Positions 39,765 to 52,348 are shown, counted from the whole stretch's first letter. The stretch is 63,952 nt of DNA, filler included, from Octopus bimaculoides (GCF_001194135.2; 3 parts of 3 records of this genome joined end to end with filler, not necessarily neighbours in it), one strand, 5' to 3'. The notes: generated from the sequence alone by a model not told the origin. A program made the numbers and translations.

Positions 39765-40097
39765 NNNNNNNNNNNNNNNNNNNNNNNNNNNNNNNNNNNN
39801 NNNNNNNNNNNNNNNNNNNNNNNNNNNNNNNNNNNNNNNNNNNNNNNNNNNNNNNNNNNNNNNNNNNNNNNNNNNNNNNNNNNNNNNNNNNNNNNNNNNN
39901 NNNNNNNNNNNNNNNNNNNNNNNNNNNNNNNNNNNNNNNNNNNNNNNNNNNNNNNNNNNNNNNNNNNNNNNNNNNNNNNNNNNNNNNNNNNNNNNNNNNN
40001 NNNNNNNNNNNNNNNNNNNNNNNNNNNNNNNNNNNNNNNNNNNNNNNNNNNNNNNNNNNNNNNNNNNNNNNNNNNNNNNNNNNNNNNNNNNNNNNNN

Positions 40098-40835
40098 AGA
40101 GTGTTGATAAAATAAATAGCAGTTGAACACTGGGGTCGATGTAATCGATGTACACCCTCCCCCAAAATTGCTGGCCTTGTGCCAAAACTTGAAACCAATA
40201 TTAAAGGTGATAGAGGCGGCGAACTGGCAGAATCGTTAGCACGCCGGGCGAAATGCTTAGCGTTATTTCGTCTGCCGTTACGTTCTGAGTTCAAATTCCG
40301 CCGAGGTCGACTTTGCCTTTCATCCTTTCGGGGTCGATAAATTACGTACCAGTTATGTACCGAGGTCGATCTAATCGACTTAATCTCTTTGTCTGTCCTT
40401 GTTTGTCCCGTCTGTGTTTAACCCCTTGTGGGCAATAAAGAAATAAGAATTGTTAGCATGCCGAGTAAAATGCTTCTTGGTATTTTCCCCCTCTTTACGT
40501 TCCGAGTTCAAATTCCACTGAGGTTGGCTCTGCCTTTCATCCCTTTCGGGGTCGATAAAATATGTACCAGTTGAATACTAGGGTCTAAATTGATGGCCTT
40601 GTTCCAAATTTTTAAATTATTATATTAAAGGCGTTTGAGGCGACGAAATAGCAAAGTGCTTTCCTATGTTTCGTCTGTCCTTACATTCTGAGTTCAAATT
40701 CCACCGTGGTCGACTCTGTCTTTCATCCCCGTTGGAGGTCCATAAAATAAGTACCAGTCAAATACTGAAGTTTGATGTAATCCCCTTCCCTCAAAAACTG
40801 CAGGGCCTATGTTAAAATTCGAAACCATTATATCA
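40098..40835 (+). mobile_element. Head-to-tail run of SINE family C copies (one tail plus three copies)
   Basis: Core GTTC(T/C)GAGTTCAAATTCC...CTTTCATCC...GGT recurs at ~40285, ~40500 and ~40688. Confidence 0.85.
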
Positions 40836-41099
40836 AAGGCGTTGTTGTCTATCATCCTGTTGTTTTCTTCTCTTTTTGGAGGCGGGGTAGGGTAGCCAGA
40901 AGTGGGGTCAGTGTGGTTGAATGGTTAAAAAGTTCATTTCGCAACCGCACTGTCCCGAGTTCAATTCTTTTCGTGGCATCTTCAGTAAATGTCTTTTTCT
41001 ATAGCTTCGGATCGACCCCACTGTCTTGTGAGTAGTATTTGATAGATGGAGTCTCTTTGGAAGCCCATCAAATAGAATATACCCATAATTCGAAATGTA

Positions 41100-41275
41100 C
41101 AGCCTTCCCACAAACCGTGTCCCTGTGATTCTGCCCGAGAATCTCCTTCAATGAGGGACACGTATCTACGTTACAGATACACCCAGTCACAACGCCAATG
41201 AAGGAAAAAGTAATTCAGTTAATCGAATAACTGAATCCTCCTCGTCAAGCGACGGAGATCCACCTCATATTAGAA
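41100..41275 (+). mobile_element. Highly diverged relative of the SINE family B 3' half
   Basis: GGGACACGTATCT and TTCAGTTAATCGAATAACTG...AAGCGACGGAG align with family B GGGTACACGTGTCT and TTCCGTTGATCGGATCAACTGG...AAGCGACGGAG. Confidence 0.6.
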
Positions 41276-41859
41276 AATTTCATGTTCTTTTAAAGACAGT
41301 ACGGCGTAAGTTGGAGGGGTCTCGGTCTGTATTTCTATCAGGTTCAGCGACGACCGCCATAAGAGGCTCCGCTCTGGCTCGCGGGAGTAGCCATGTTTCG
41401 CTTGGCTGCGTTGCTCAACACTCGAGTTTTGTTTGTAGACTGACAGCAGGAAAAAAAGCTATTTTTACTTTTGTGTTGAGGACAATCGAATGTTCTGGGA
41501 AGTCCTCTTCTCTTGCTCTATATGGTTATCTCTATTATCTGGGTTAATATTACTGTTCTATTATACTATTTGCTTGTATTTTTTATTTTATAATCAAATG
41601 TTTTTTTTTTTTATAATTTACTTTCAATACAGCCACCACTCCCCACTCTTGTATTTTTGTTTTTAAACCCTCTAATGTCCCTCCCTGGACGCCCTTGTGG
41701 CAAATACATTATTATTGTTCTTTTTCCGTTTTTTTCTTTTTTTGGTAGTCTTATTTGTATTACGCACATTCATTGCACAACCAAGCCAAGTGCAGAATAT
41801 TTTCAATATTTTTCATCATGTTTCCTATTTCTATTGAACTATACCTGGTATCTCTTTTA

Positions 41860-42068
41860 TTCTTTTCTTATTTCATTGTTTTGACTGCGGCCATGCTGGG
41901 GCACCGCCTTCAAGAATTTTAGTTGAACGACTCGACCCTAGTACTTATTCAATTTAAAGCCTGATATTTATTCTGACGGCCCCTTTCACAGAACTGTTAA
42001 GTTACGGGGATGTAAGCACACCAGTACCGGTTATCAAGCGCTGGTGAGGGACAAACACAGATACACAC

Positions 42069-42124
<56 letters not shown>
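41860..42124 (-). mobile_element. SINE family A tail and right arm running into (CA)n and a gap
   Basis: GACTGCGGCCATGCTGGGGCACCGCCTT is the reverse complement of the tail. Confidence 0.85.
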
Positions 42125-42573
42125 NNNNNNNNNNNNNNNNNNNNNNNNNNNNNNNNNNNNNNNNNNNNNNNNNNNNNNNNNNNNNNNNNNNNNNNNNNNN
42201 NNNNNNNNNNNNNNNNNNNNNNNNNNNNNNNNNNNNNNNNNNNNNNNNNNNNNNNNNNNNNNNNNNNNNNNNNNNNNNNNNNNNNNNNNNNNNNNNNNNN
42301 NNNNNNNNNNNNNNNNNNNNNNNNNNNNNNNNNNNNNNNNNNNNNNNNNNNNNNNNNNNNNNNNNNNNNNNNNNNNNNNNNNNNNNNNNNNNNNNNNNNN
42401 NNNNNNNNNNNNNNNNNNNNNNNNNNNNNNNNNNNNNNNNNNNNNNNNNNNNNNNNNNNNNNNNNNNNNNNNNNNNNNNNNNNNNNNNNNNNNNNNNNNN
42501 NNNNNNNNNNNNNNNNNNNNNNNNNNNNNNNNNNNNNNNNNNNNNNNNNNNNNNNNNNNNNNNNNNNNNNNNN

Positions 42574-42810
42574 TCGATCGCGGGGTCTCAACAGAGTCCC
42601 GCTTCGTTATTTTTCGTCACTACCTCCCCATGCTGGGAGTGGGTAATTTGCGCGCCTGCTGCCTTCCTTGGATGTGGTAGCCGTTTCGCATGCTCCCTCT
42701 CCGGAATCGAACCCTGATTCCCCGTTACCCGTTGCTACCACGGTCGGCACTTACCGGGCCGTCGACAGTTGATAGGGTGGACTCGCGGGGGACCCGTCGC
42801 GCGAAGGCTC
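42574..42810 (-). rRNA. 18S rRNA: 18S rRNA fragment (5' third), isolated
   Basis: Minus strand CTATCAACTGTCGA...GGGTAACGGGGAATCAGGGTTCGATTCCGGAGAGGGAGC...AAACGGCTACCACATCCAAGGAAGGCAGCAGGCGCGCAAATTACCCACTCCC...GGGAGGTAGTGACGAAAAATAAC. Confidence 0.93.
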
Positions 42811-43170
42811 TTGCTTACCACACAGACACTCCTGTGCCTATTGGGTAATTTCGCATTTCTTTTAGAGCTGTAGTTTTCAGCCGCGGTCCATACGACCCTT
42901 CGGGGTCCATGTAAGATTTATTGTTAAATTGTGTCTTTAATCTCTTACTCGTTTCAGTCATTAGTCTGCCTCGAGGCTATCCTGGGATTATCGCCTTGAG
43001 GAATTTTTAGTCGAATTAATCCACCTCGGTACTTATTTTCATTTTAAGCCTGGTACTTAATCTATCTTTCTCTTTTCCCGAACGAGGACTTAAACACACC
43101 AACAATGGTTGTCAAGTGGTGTTGGACGACAGCCGCACCTGCGCTTATTCTTACCACATAGACACTCCTG

Positions 43171-43558
43171 CTACTGTTGTTGGCACTCCGTCGCTTACGA
43201 CGTCGAGGGTTCCAGTTGATCCGATCAACGGAACAGCCTGCTCGTGAAATTAACGTGCAAGTGGCTGAGCACTCCACAGACACGTGTACCCTTAACGTAG
43301 TTCTCGGGGATATTCAGCGTGACACAGTGTGACAAGGCTGACCCTTTGAATTACAGGCACAATAGAAACAGGAAGTAAGAGTGAGAGAAAGTTGTGGTGG
43401 AAGAGTACAGCAGTGTTTGCTACCATCCCCTGCCGGAGCCTCGTGGAGCTTTAGGTGTTTTTGCTCAATAAACACTCACAACGCCGGTCTGGGAATCGAA
43501 ACCGCGATCCTATGACCGCGAGTCCGCTGCCCTAACCTCTGGGTCATTGCGTCTCCAC
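43171..43558 (-). mobile_element. SINE family B, full-length young copy (tRNA-derived head, CAACAA tail)
   Basis: A/B-box-like head, ~390 bp, near-identical to two other copies. Confidence 0.92.
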
Positions 43559-44617
43559 ACTATGTGTAATAAATTGATTTTAATTCTACAGTGCACAAGA
43601 TATTTTAGGAATTTTTTTAATACAATTCCTAATAAAAATATGGTAGGACTTTTTAAGTATCGAATGGTTTTGAGGATCCGCCTAAATAAAATAGCTATCA
43701 ATGATGTCCATAGGGGGGAGGGAAATGGTTGAGAGCCGTTGTTTTAGAACTTGAAGACATTAGCACTTGGTATGTTAGAGGAATCCGGGAGTGTGGGCGA
43801 CGTTTCTATAATGACCCTACACGGTTGCTTTCCTGAGTAATCCGGGATTTTTGTGTAGGGTTTAGTCCGGATTACCCTAAGTGGATTGCCCCATTATTGG
43901 CGATTCTATTTATTTATTTATTTATTTATTATTTTTTTCTCTACTTTCTATTATATATCCTCTAATATATCATTGATGTTAACCCCACTTGTTTTGATAA
44001 GTTTTTGTAACTTTTTTTTGTGTGCTGTAACCCATCCTTCGATATTGTCCTCCATGTCTTGGGCCCTTGTGGCCAATAAAAGGAATCATCATCATCATTA
44101 TCATTATTATTATTATTGTTATTACAAACGATAGAGTTCGTCAAGGTGCGGTGATGCTTTTTGTCCATTGTGGCGACGCACCAGGTCTAACTGACGTCCT
44201 CTCACTTCTACTCACTATCCTTGCATTGATCGTTTTATGGGTACATATGGAGAGAACAGGTGGTGGCGAGAGGGGGTGGGTGGAGAAGGAATGCAGAGCA
44301 ACAGTGCTGAGCCCTCCACCCTCCTACGCCGTCCGCACCCAGTGTTATATGACGTTGGGTGTGGTGTGGCGAGCATGGTTTGCTCAGAGAAGAGGCAGGT
44401 TGGCTGGCTGGCTGGCTGGCTGGCTATGACAGCTGTGGTGGCGGCGGCTGGTCGATATACTTCAGTGCGTCGCAACAATATCATAGGTGTCAAAACATTA
44501 ACCGCATACATCATTAAATATGCTGTCACCTACTTCACTGACAAATATACACACGTTCACACGCATACACTCTCTTACACACGCACACACTCTTTCACGC
44601 ACACACACACACACACA

Positions 44618-45101
44618 TTCTTTTATTCTTTTACGTGTTTCAGTCAATTGACCGTGGCCAAGCTGGAGCACCGCCTTGAAGGGTTTCAGTCGAACAAATG
44701 GACCCCAGGACTAATTAAAAAAAAAGAAACTTAGTACTTACTCAGTCGGTTTCTTTTGCCGAACCCCTAAGTTATAGGGACGTAAACACACCAACACCAG
44801 TTGTCAAGCGGTTAAAGGGGAGGGACAAAAACCGACACAAATTACACGCACACACACACACACGCATACACACTCATACATACACGAGCACACACACATA
44901 CACACACACACACACACACATACATATGTTTATATATACACAACAGACTTATTTCAGTTTCCGTTCATAAATCCACTCACAAGGTTTTGGTCGGCCCGAG
45001 GCTATAGTAGAGAAATACACTTGCTCAAGGTGCCACGCAGTGGGACTGAAAATGGGACTTTGTGTTTGGGAAGCGAGCTTTTTACCACATAGCCACGCCT
45101 G
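44618..45101 (-). mobile_element. SINE family A, complete copy with (TG)n centre
   Basis: All modules contiguous; head CAGGCGTGGCTATGTGGTAAAAAG on the minus strand. Confidence 0.9.
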
Positions 45102-45319
45102 CGTATGAATTGGCAGACATTTGTGTTCACAAACGAAAAAGCATTCTGTAGAGTTTATATATTACATTTTATTTAAAAATGTTAAAGATTCTTCACTTAA
45201 AACTTAGAGTTTAACGTTATCGTCACCGATTACTGGAATCGTTTGTCTAACCGGCAACGTGAGACTGAGTGTTACGATTAAAGGTGCTTTCGTTTTTTAT
45301 AAAATATGACGTTACATAG

Positions 45320-45354
<35 letters not shown>

Positions 45355-45749
45355 CTGTATGTATATTCCTTTATTTGTTTCGATGATTTCACGACGGTCG
45401 AGCTGGTCGCCATTCTCAAGGCTTTTAAGTTAATCCGTGCGTCATTAAAAAAAAATTTTTAGGATGATTATTTACGTCGAGATTTTTCGTCGAACTGTTA
45501 GGTCTTTCAAGAAAAATCAAAGAAAACTCAAAAGAAACTCAAAGAATAACCATATCTGTATGTATGCAGAAAGTTATGCAGGGGTACATAGCTCGCAAGC
45601 TAGTTAATGCTAGGAACATTGACAAGAAAACGAACCCTCTTTTGGCCCTTTGATAAATAAATCACAGCTCACCTAGGTTATGTTTTTGCTATACAAGAAC
45701 AGGAGATGGTTACTAAATACCTGATGAACAAATGAGATACTGGCACTCC

Positions 45750-46062
45750 ATCAGTTACGACGATGAGTGTTCCAGTTGATCCGATCAAGCGAACAGCCTG
45801 GTCGTGAAATTAACGTGCAAGTGGCTGAGTACTTCACAGACACTCGTAACCATAAAGCGGCTCTCAAAGAGAGTAAGTGTGACAGAGTGTGAGAAGGCTG
45901 GCCCTTTGAAAAACAGGCACCACTCATTTTTTCCAGCTGAGTAGACTGGAGCAACGTGAAATAAAGTGTCTTGCTCAAGGACACAACGCGCCGCCGGAAA
46001 TCGAACTCGAGACCTTGCAATTGTAAGCCTAATACACTAACCATTAAACTACGCACCTTCAC
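45750..46062 (-). mobile_element. Hybrid SINE: family D-type head/core plus family B-type 3' half
   Basis: tRNA-like head and GTGTCCTTGAGCAAGACACTTT core, then CACTTGCACGTTAATTTCACGA...GATCGGATCAACTGG. Confidence 0.8.
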
Positions 46063-46289
46063 ACTCGAATGAGATAAGGATGCGTCTAAACCTTCAAGTG
46101 GTCATAGAAAGTTTCAATTGTGCCATAGTAGTCTGGATAATACCATTCACGCCGTAAGTAGTAGTCCAAAAATGTCTGCAAGAAGAATTGTCCCGACGGT
46201 TCTTGTTAAAGGAATATCAGAACCAGAAAGCATCGACGCTTTTAACAATAAAGATTACTATTAATCTTAGAAAAGAATAATACTAATTC

Positions 46290-46545
46290 TTCTACTTGTT
46301 CCAGTTATTTGACTGCGGCCATGCCAGAGCACTGCCCTTAGTCGAACAAATCGATCCTAGAACTTATTGTTTGTAAGCCTAGTACTTATTCTAGCGGTCT
46401 GGTTTGCCGAACAGCTAAGTTACGGGGACGTAAACACACCAACATCAGTTGTCAAGTGATAGTGGGGAGGACAAGCAAAGACGCACACACACAAACATAT
46501 ACATACATACATAAGAGTGGTTGTGCGGCAAGTATCTTGCTTCCG
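46290..46545 (-). mobile_element. SINE family A tail/right arm fragment
   Basis: GACTGCGGCCATGCCAGAGCACTGCC and TAAGTTACGGGGACGTAAACACACCAAC. Confidence 0.8.
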
Positions 46546-47478
46546 GTCTTGCGCGTTGGCTACTTCCTGTAGACCTGAGGATCAAAGTGTACTGGTGTTT
46601 TTTTAATCCATCCAAAATGGAACTTTGAAGTCGACCGAGTTCATGAAAGAAATTAATAAGGCAGTTAAAAGGTAGGAGAAATTTGTTTTTGGGGTACAGT
46701 GGGGCTACGTTATTTTATTAATTTTTATAAATAGGGTTTCACTGGCCTAGAGGCATTTTTTTCTCCTTTGGTTGCATTTGTTTTAGTAAAGGATTATCGA
46801 TGGGCGTTACCTCGCCGCAAGAATTCTTTCTAGCTTTTGATTTTTCTGAAGACTTTTTGTATTTTGGAAGACTTTTTGTAAACGGTTATTTGTTGCTTGC
46901 TGCAAAGTTCGCGGCGAACATCTGTTTTTATGCCTAAAGTCATCGTGGAGTACCTANNNNNNNNNNNNNNNNNNNNNNNNNNNNNNNNNNNNNNNNNNNN
47001 NNNNNNNNNNNNNNNNNNNNNNNNNNNNNNNNNNNNNNNNNNNNNNNNNNNNNNNNNNNNNNNNNNNNNNNNNNNNNNNNNNNNNNNNNNNNNNNNNNNN
47101 NNNNNNNNNNNNNNNNNNNNNNNNNNNNNNNNNNNNNNNNNNNNNNNNNNNNNNNNNNNNNNNNNNNNNNNNNNNNNNNNNNNNNNNNNNNNNNNNNNNN
47201 NNNNNNNNNNNNNNNNNNNNNNNNNNNNNNNNNNNNNNNNNNNNNNNNNNNNNNNNNNNNNNNNNNNNNNNNNNNNNNNNNNNNNNNNNNNNNNNNNNNN
47301 NNNNNNNNNNNNNNNNNNNNNNNNNNNNNNNNNNNNNNNNNNNNNNNNNNNNNNNNNNNNNNNNNNNNNNNNNNNNNNNNNNNNNNNNNNNNNNNNNNNN
47401 NNNNNNNNNNNNNNNNNNNNNNNNNNNNNNNNNNNNNNNNNNNNNNNNNNNNNNNNNNNNNNNNNNNNNNNNNNNNNN

Positions 47479-47997
47479 ATTGTCCCCTTTCCAAGGCTAG
47501 AAATAGAAAAGGAGCTGATGGAGTACATGCCGATGATAAAGCACATCACCTGGGGTTCCAAATATGCAACCATATGGTTGCTGTTTGGAACCCCGTAGAT
47601 GGCATGTAAGTTCGCCAGTCAGCCCCTGGACCGGAAAAAAATTTTGTTCCTCCCCTCTTATTGTGGGAGAAAATGTAAGCGGGCGTTTGTCTGCGGGTTG
47701 CCACCGGGTTTAAAAGAAAGTTGGTTGGCCGAAACCATCCAAAGGGGACTTGGTGGCACCAGAGACACTAAATTGTTAAATGTAAAATTGTTGCCATCTG
47801 CTGACTTGGTTGGGGCGAAGGCCATATTAACGTTGTGGACCCAGTTAGACGATGACAGTGTGGTCTTTCCAGACTACTTGACCATGGTAGGCTCTAGGTA
47901 TCCTGTAATCCTTGAAAGACGACTTCCGAAATGTCACGGATGCCTAGAGCCTGGTCATTTGAAGAAGGATTGTCGCCAAGACACGAAAGTGACCTAG
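47479..47997 (+). pseudogene. Gag-like/ORF1 remnant with CCHC zinc knuckle (probably non-LTR retroelement)
   Basis: One in-frame stop (47596-47598); CHGCLEPGHLKKDC = CX2CX4HX4C at 47932-47973; followed by a basic, low-complexity, frameshifted region to ~48586. Confidence 0.65.
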
Positions 47998-49083
47998 GAG
48001 CAGACACCCATTAAAAAAAAGTAGTCTTGCTCTGCCGGAAAAAAAAGCAGGGTAAATAAAGTGTGCCCGTCGACCCCCCCCCCCTTGGAGGGGGAGATGG
48101 TGAAAATCGTGGAGGCAGAAGCCTCCACGAATAGAAAAAGAAAGATGAGCAACGTCAGTTGCTCACCACCTAAAGAGCAGTATGCAGGTGAAGAGATGGA
48201 CCCCCGAGTATCCCGGCAGAGGCTCCAACCCCCCGCAGACGAAAAAAGAGGGAAAAGGAAAAAAAAAAAGAAACGGGAGACGGTCGGCAGAAGTCACTGC
48301 GCCGCCGACTGAACCCGAGGCCTCTCCGGTGGGAAGTGTGCCCCCGGAGAGGAAAACTCTACCAGCGGGAATTGTGCCGATGACAGAGTGGCGTGACGTC
48401 CCTCCCAGTGAGGATAATGATTATGTTACCCTGTACTATGAGGGAGGGGCGGTGAATGAATTCTTGGACCGCGAGTGCGGCCAAGGTAGGAGCTACTCGG
48501 AATGTGCGAGTAGTTCCACATGGCCTCCGCAGGTAACTGCGGAGGTTATAAGTGACACCATGATGACAAGTCATAGAAAAATATGACTACAAAGATTTCT
48601 TCTATCTCACCGCAAACTCAAGCCTAACAATAGACACTTGTTTGGTCGGGGCAGCATATCTGCTTGCGGAGGGATGGAATGATGAAAATTATGATATTTT
48701 AATTGTCAATATATTGAAATTATGTAAAAATTGTAATTTTAAAAGGAAAAAACAGAACAATGTTTTCGAGGGGTTTTCAGTCGGCTGGTGCTGGTGCCTC
48801 TCTCATTATTTGTTTCATCCTTATCACCCTCATCTCNNNNNNNNNNNNNNNNNNNNNNNNNNNNNNNNNNNNNNNNNNNNNNNNNNNNNNNNNNNNNNNN
48901 NNNNNNNNNNNNNNNNNNNNNNNNNNNNNNNNNNNNTATTCATATAAATACAGTGTACATTTAAACACATAAGACGTATCCATCATGGGATTCCTTGCAC
49001 GCTAGAAAGAACAGCTAAGTTCCAAACCACTATTAGAGATAAAATTTCGAAGGGAATGAAAAATAAAAACATTTACCATCTAG

Positions 49084-49157
49084 TTCCTGGACCATTGGTT
49101 TCTGACTTATTTTAGCAAATAAAATAATTTGCCAGGCGAAGTCTTCATCAGCAGGTA
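49084..49157 (-). ncRNA. Type I hammerhead ribozyme-like motif, copy A
   Basis: GUACCUG-CUGAUGA-A-GACUU[hairpin]AAGUC-A-GAAA-CC-AAU-GG-UC-CAGGAAC; all three stems form; predicted cleavage between 49090 and 49089. Confidence 0.75.
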
Positions 49158-50245
49158 CACCCAGGTATATAATACATATGTGTACGTCTGTGAAAATATA
49201 TATTTATCTGTGGATGTATATTTTTCTGTATGTATGTATGTATGTATGTATGTATGTATGTATGTATGTATGTATGTATGTATGTATGTATGTATGTATG
49301 TACATTTGTGTGTGCATGTATGCGTGTTTGTATGTACGTATGCCTGCATGTATATCTGTCTGTTTGTCTGTATGTATGTTTGTATGCATGTATGCATGAA
49401 GGTAGACAGGTAAGAAGAGTATGGTCAATTAGTTAAGAATTTTGATTCACAGGTGATAGATATCAGGTTCGATCCAACTTTGTAGCATCTTCTGCAGATA
49501 TGATTTTTCTATAGCCTCAGAGAGTCAAATAGGATAGACAGTAACTGTAATGAATCCCAGCGGATGCATTCTAAGTGGCAATACAAATGGTGCAGCCTCG
49601 TTACTGCGTCATGCTAATTCGGCTTGAGAAGGGCACACGTGTTTGTGGAATACTCAACTAGTTACACATCAATTCAAGAGCACGTAATTCAGTTGCACGA
49701 CGGAGATCCATCCATACATACATACACGCACTACCCAAATACCAATCTTAAGAAATTAGGCATCTCAAAACCAGAAAGGAGAAAGCCTGGAAATTGGGCA
49801 TTCGATTCGAGAAAGCTTCTCGTAAAGAAGTATAGTGTTAAAAAACAATTATACATAGAAATCTATCAGAAACAGACGAAACGTGTACGGCAGCGGTTGT
49901 GGAATTGCTAAACAATTATTTCTGCCTCCTGCTGCCTCTTCAGAAACCAAAAGTTTTCTATCTGTAATGTATTTATCCGTCCCTATTTTGTTCTTGTTTG
50001 CTTGCCTCTTTCTGTCGTTTTCCTTCCTTCCTTCCTTCCTTCCTTTGCTCCTTTCATCCCTTTGTTTGTTTGTTTGTTTGTTTATTTGCTTCTTTCTTTC
50101 TTTCTTTCTTTCTTTCTCACTTTCTTTCTCACTTTCTCACCTATCTATTTATCTATCTAATCCACCGCTCTTTATAATACTGTTCTCTATCTCTCTTTCT
50201 CTCTCTTTTCCACCTCTTACAGCTTGACAGAGATAGAAAGACAAC

Positions 50246-50282
<37 letters not shown>

Positions 50283-50517
50283 ACAAAAAAGGAGGACCCA
50301 TGTCTCTCTCTCTCTATATATATATATATATGTATGTATATGTGTATGTGTGTGTGTATGTGTGTGTATATAGTGTGTGTTTGTGCGTATGTGTGTATGT
50401 GTGCGTGTACATTTCGAGCTTTCTTATATTTATAGACATATAATACACGCACGCACACACACTCACACACACACACACATATATGTATTAAACACATGCA
50501 CACACAGAGACATCCAT

Positions 50518-50568
<51 letters not shown>

Positions 50569-50799
50569 TGTGAGCAAGAGATTCCATGCAACAAACGTAA
50601 TAATATATTACGGCGTTAAAAATTATTGTATTACCAGTGTGCAGAAGATATTATTTTCCTGAGGAGTAAAAACAACAAATGTGACGCTATTAAACCTACA
50701 TTATGACGTAACACAACACCACGCACACACACATACACACACAAACACTTACGCGCGCACTCACAAATACACACATACAGAAGATATATATATATACTG

Positions 50800-50831
<32 letters not shown>

Positions 50832-50875
50832 CATAAAAGCTGATATACATATACACATAAACATGCAATATACCT

Positions 50876-50920
<45 letters not shown>

Positions 50921-51061
50921 AGCATACATGTATGTATACATATATGCATTATAGAAGTTTAGTATGTAAAATACATATGTACCTGCGTAAATGCATAAAC
51001 ACGTACATATATACACATATACACACACACACACACACACATACATACATACATACATACA

Positions 51062-51450
51062 GTGGTGGAATGTCCCAGTGATGACCTCAATAAAATGTAA
51101 GCACAACAGACCTGGTATAATGATTTGGGATAGAGAAGAGAAACTGTGTACAGTTGTGGAAATTAACTGCCGAGCGGATGCTAACATAAAGCTGGAGATC
51201 AGTAAGAAATAGAATATCTATGCTGAACTATTGAGAAATCTGCAGTTATTCTATCCAGATTACAAGTTCAAGTTTATACCTGTAACTATTGGGGTCCTGG
51301 GATATGTAACACACTGCCTAAATACCAATCTTGAGAAATTAGGCTTCTAAAAACCAGGAAGGAAAAAGCTAATTCAAAGACTACAGATCCAAGCCATCAC
51401 TGGAACTGTAAATATCTGTAGAGCGTTTTCACAGGTTTGTCATTTAAATA
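51062..51450 (+). mobile_element. RLE-type non-LTR retrotransposon 3' end (R2/R4/NeSL-like)
   Basis: KHNRPGIMIWDREEKLCTVVEI..AD and KFIPVTIGVLG; a short homologous piece also lies at ~49740-49800. Confidence 0.75.
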
Positions 51451-51471
51451 TATATGAGCAATATGCAACCA

Positions 51472-51859
51472 TGTTGTTGTTGGCACTCCGTCGCTTACGA
51501 CGTCGAGGGTTCCAGTTGATCCGATCAACGGAACAGCCTGCTTGTGAAATTAACGTGCAAGTGGCTGAGCACTCCACAGACACGTGTACCCTTAACGTAG
51601 TTCTCGGGGAGATTCAGCGTGACACAGTGTGACAAGGCTGACCCTTTGAATTACAGGCACAACAGAAACAGGAAGTAAGAGTGAGAGAAAGTTGTGGTGG
51701 AAGAGTACAACAGGGTTCACCACCATCCCCTGCCGGAGCCTCGTGGAGCTTTAGGTGTTTTCGCTCAATAAACACTCACAACGGCCGGTCTGGGAATCGA
51801 AACCGCGATCCTATGACCACGAGTCCGCTGCCCTAACCACTGGGCCATTGCGCCTCCAC
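51472..51859 (-). mobile_element. SINE family B, full-length young copy
   Basis: Near-identical to 43171-43558. Confidence 0.92.
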
Positions 51860-52214
51860 ATACATACATACATACATATTTGCGTACTTTCGCACATATG
51901 AAACAAGTGAAGACAGAAATACGAATGGAATCAGCACACCGGTGAAACGTATCCAGAAAATGTGTAACGGTAGGAAGTAATATCATCAGAGCGTTTAATT
52001 GCCGCCGTGACGTAGGGGAGACGAATACGTGTGCGGAAACCAGTAGGTAACTGCAGTTAGAAGGCTTTTGATGTCTTCAGAGTTGAGTGTTTTGTCTCTC
52101 TTATGCTTTCAGTGGAAGCCACACAGGATTTCACTTCGGCTCTCATCCGCTCAAGCTCAAATGAAACGTTTAACCAATGTATGATATTAATTTGGGGGTA
52201 TGTATGTGTGTATG

Positions 52215-52250
<36 letters not shown>

Positions 52251-52348
52251 TACATATATGTATATATATATATATATACATACATATATATAAATGCATA
52301 TATATATATATATATATTTATACGCACACACACACACACATATATATA

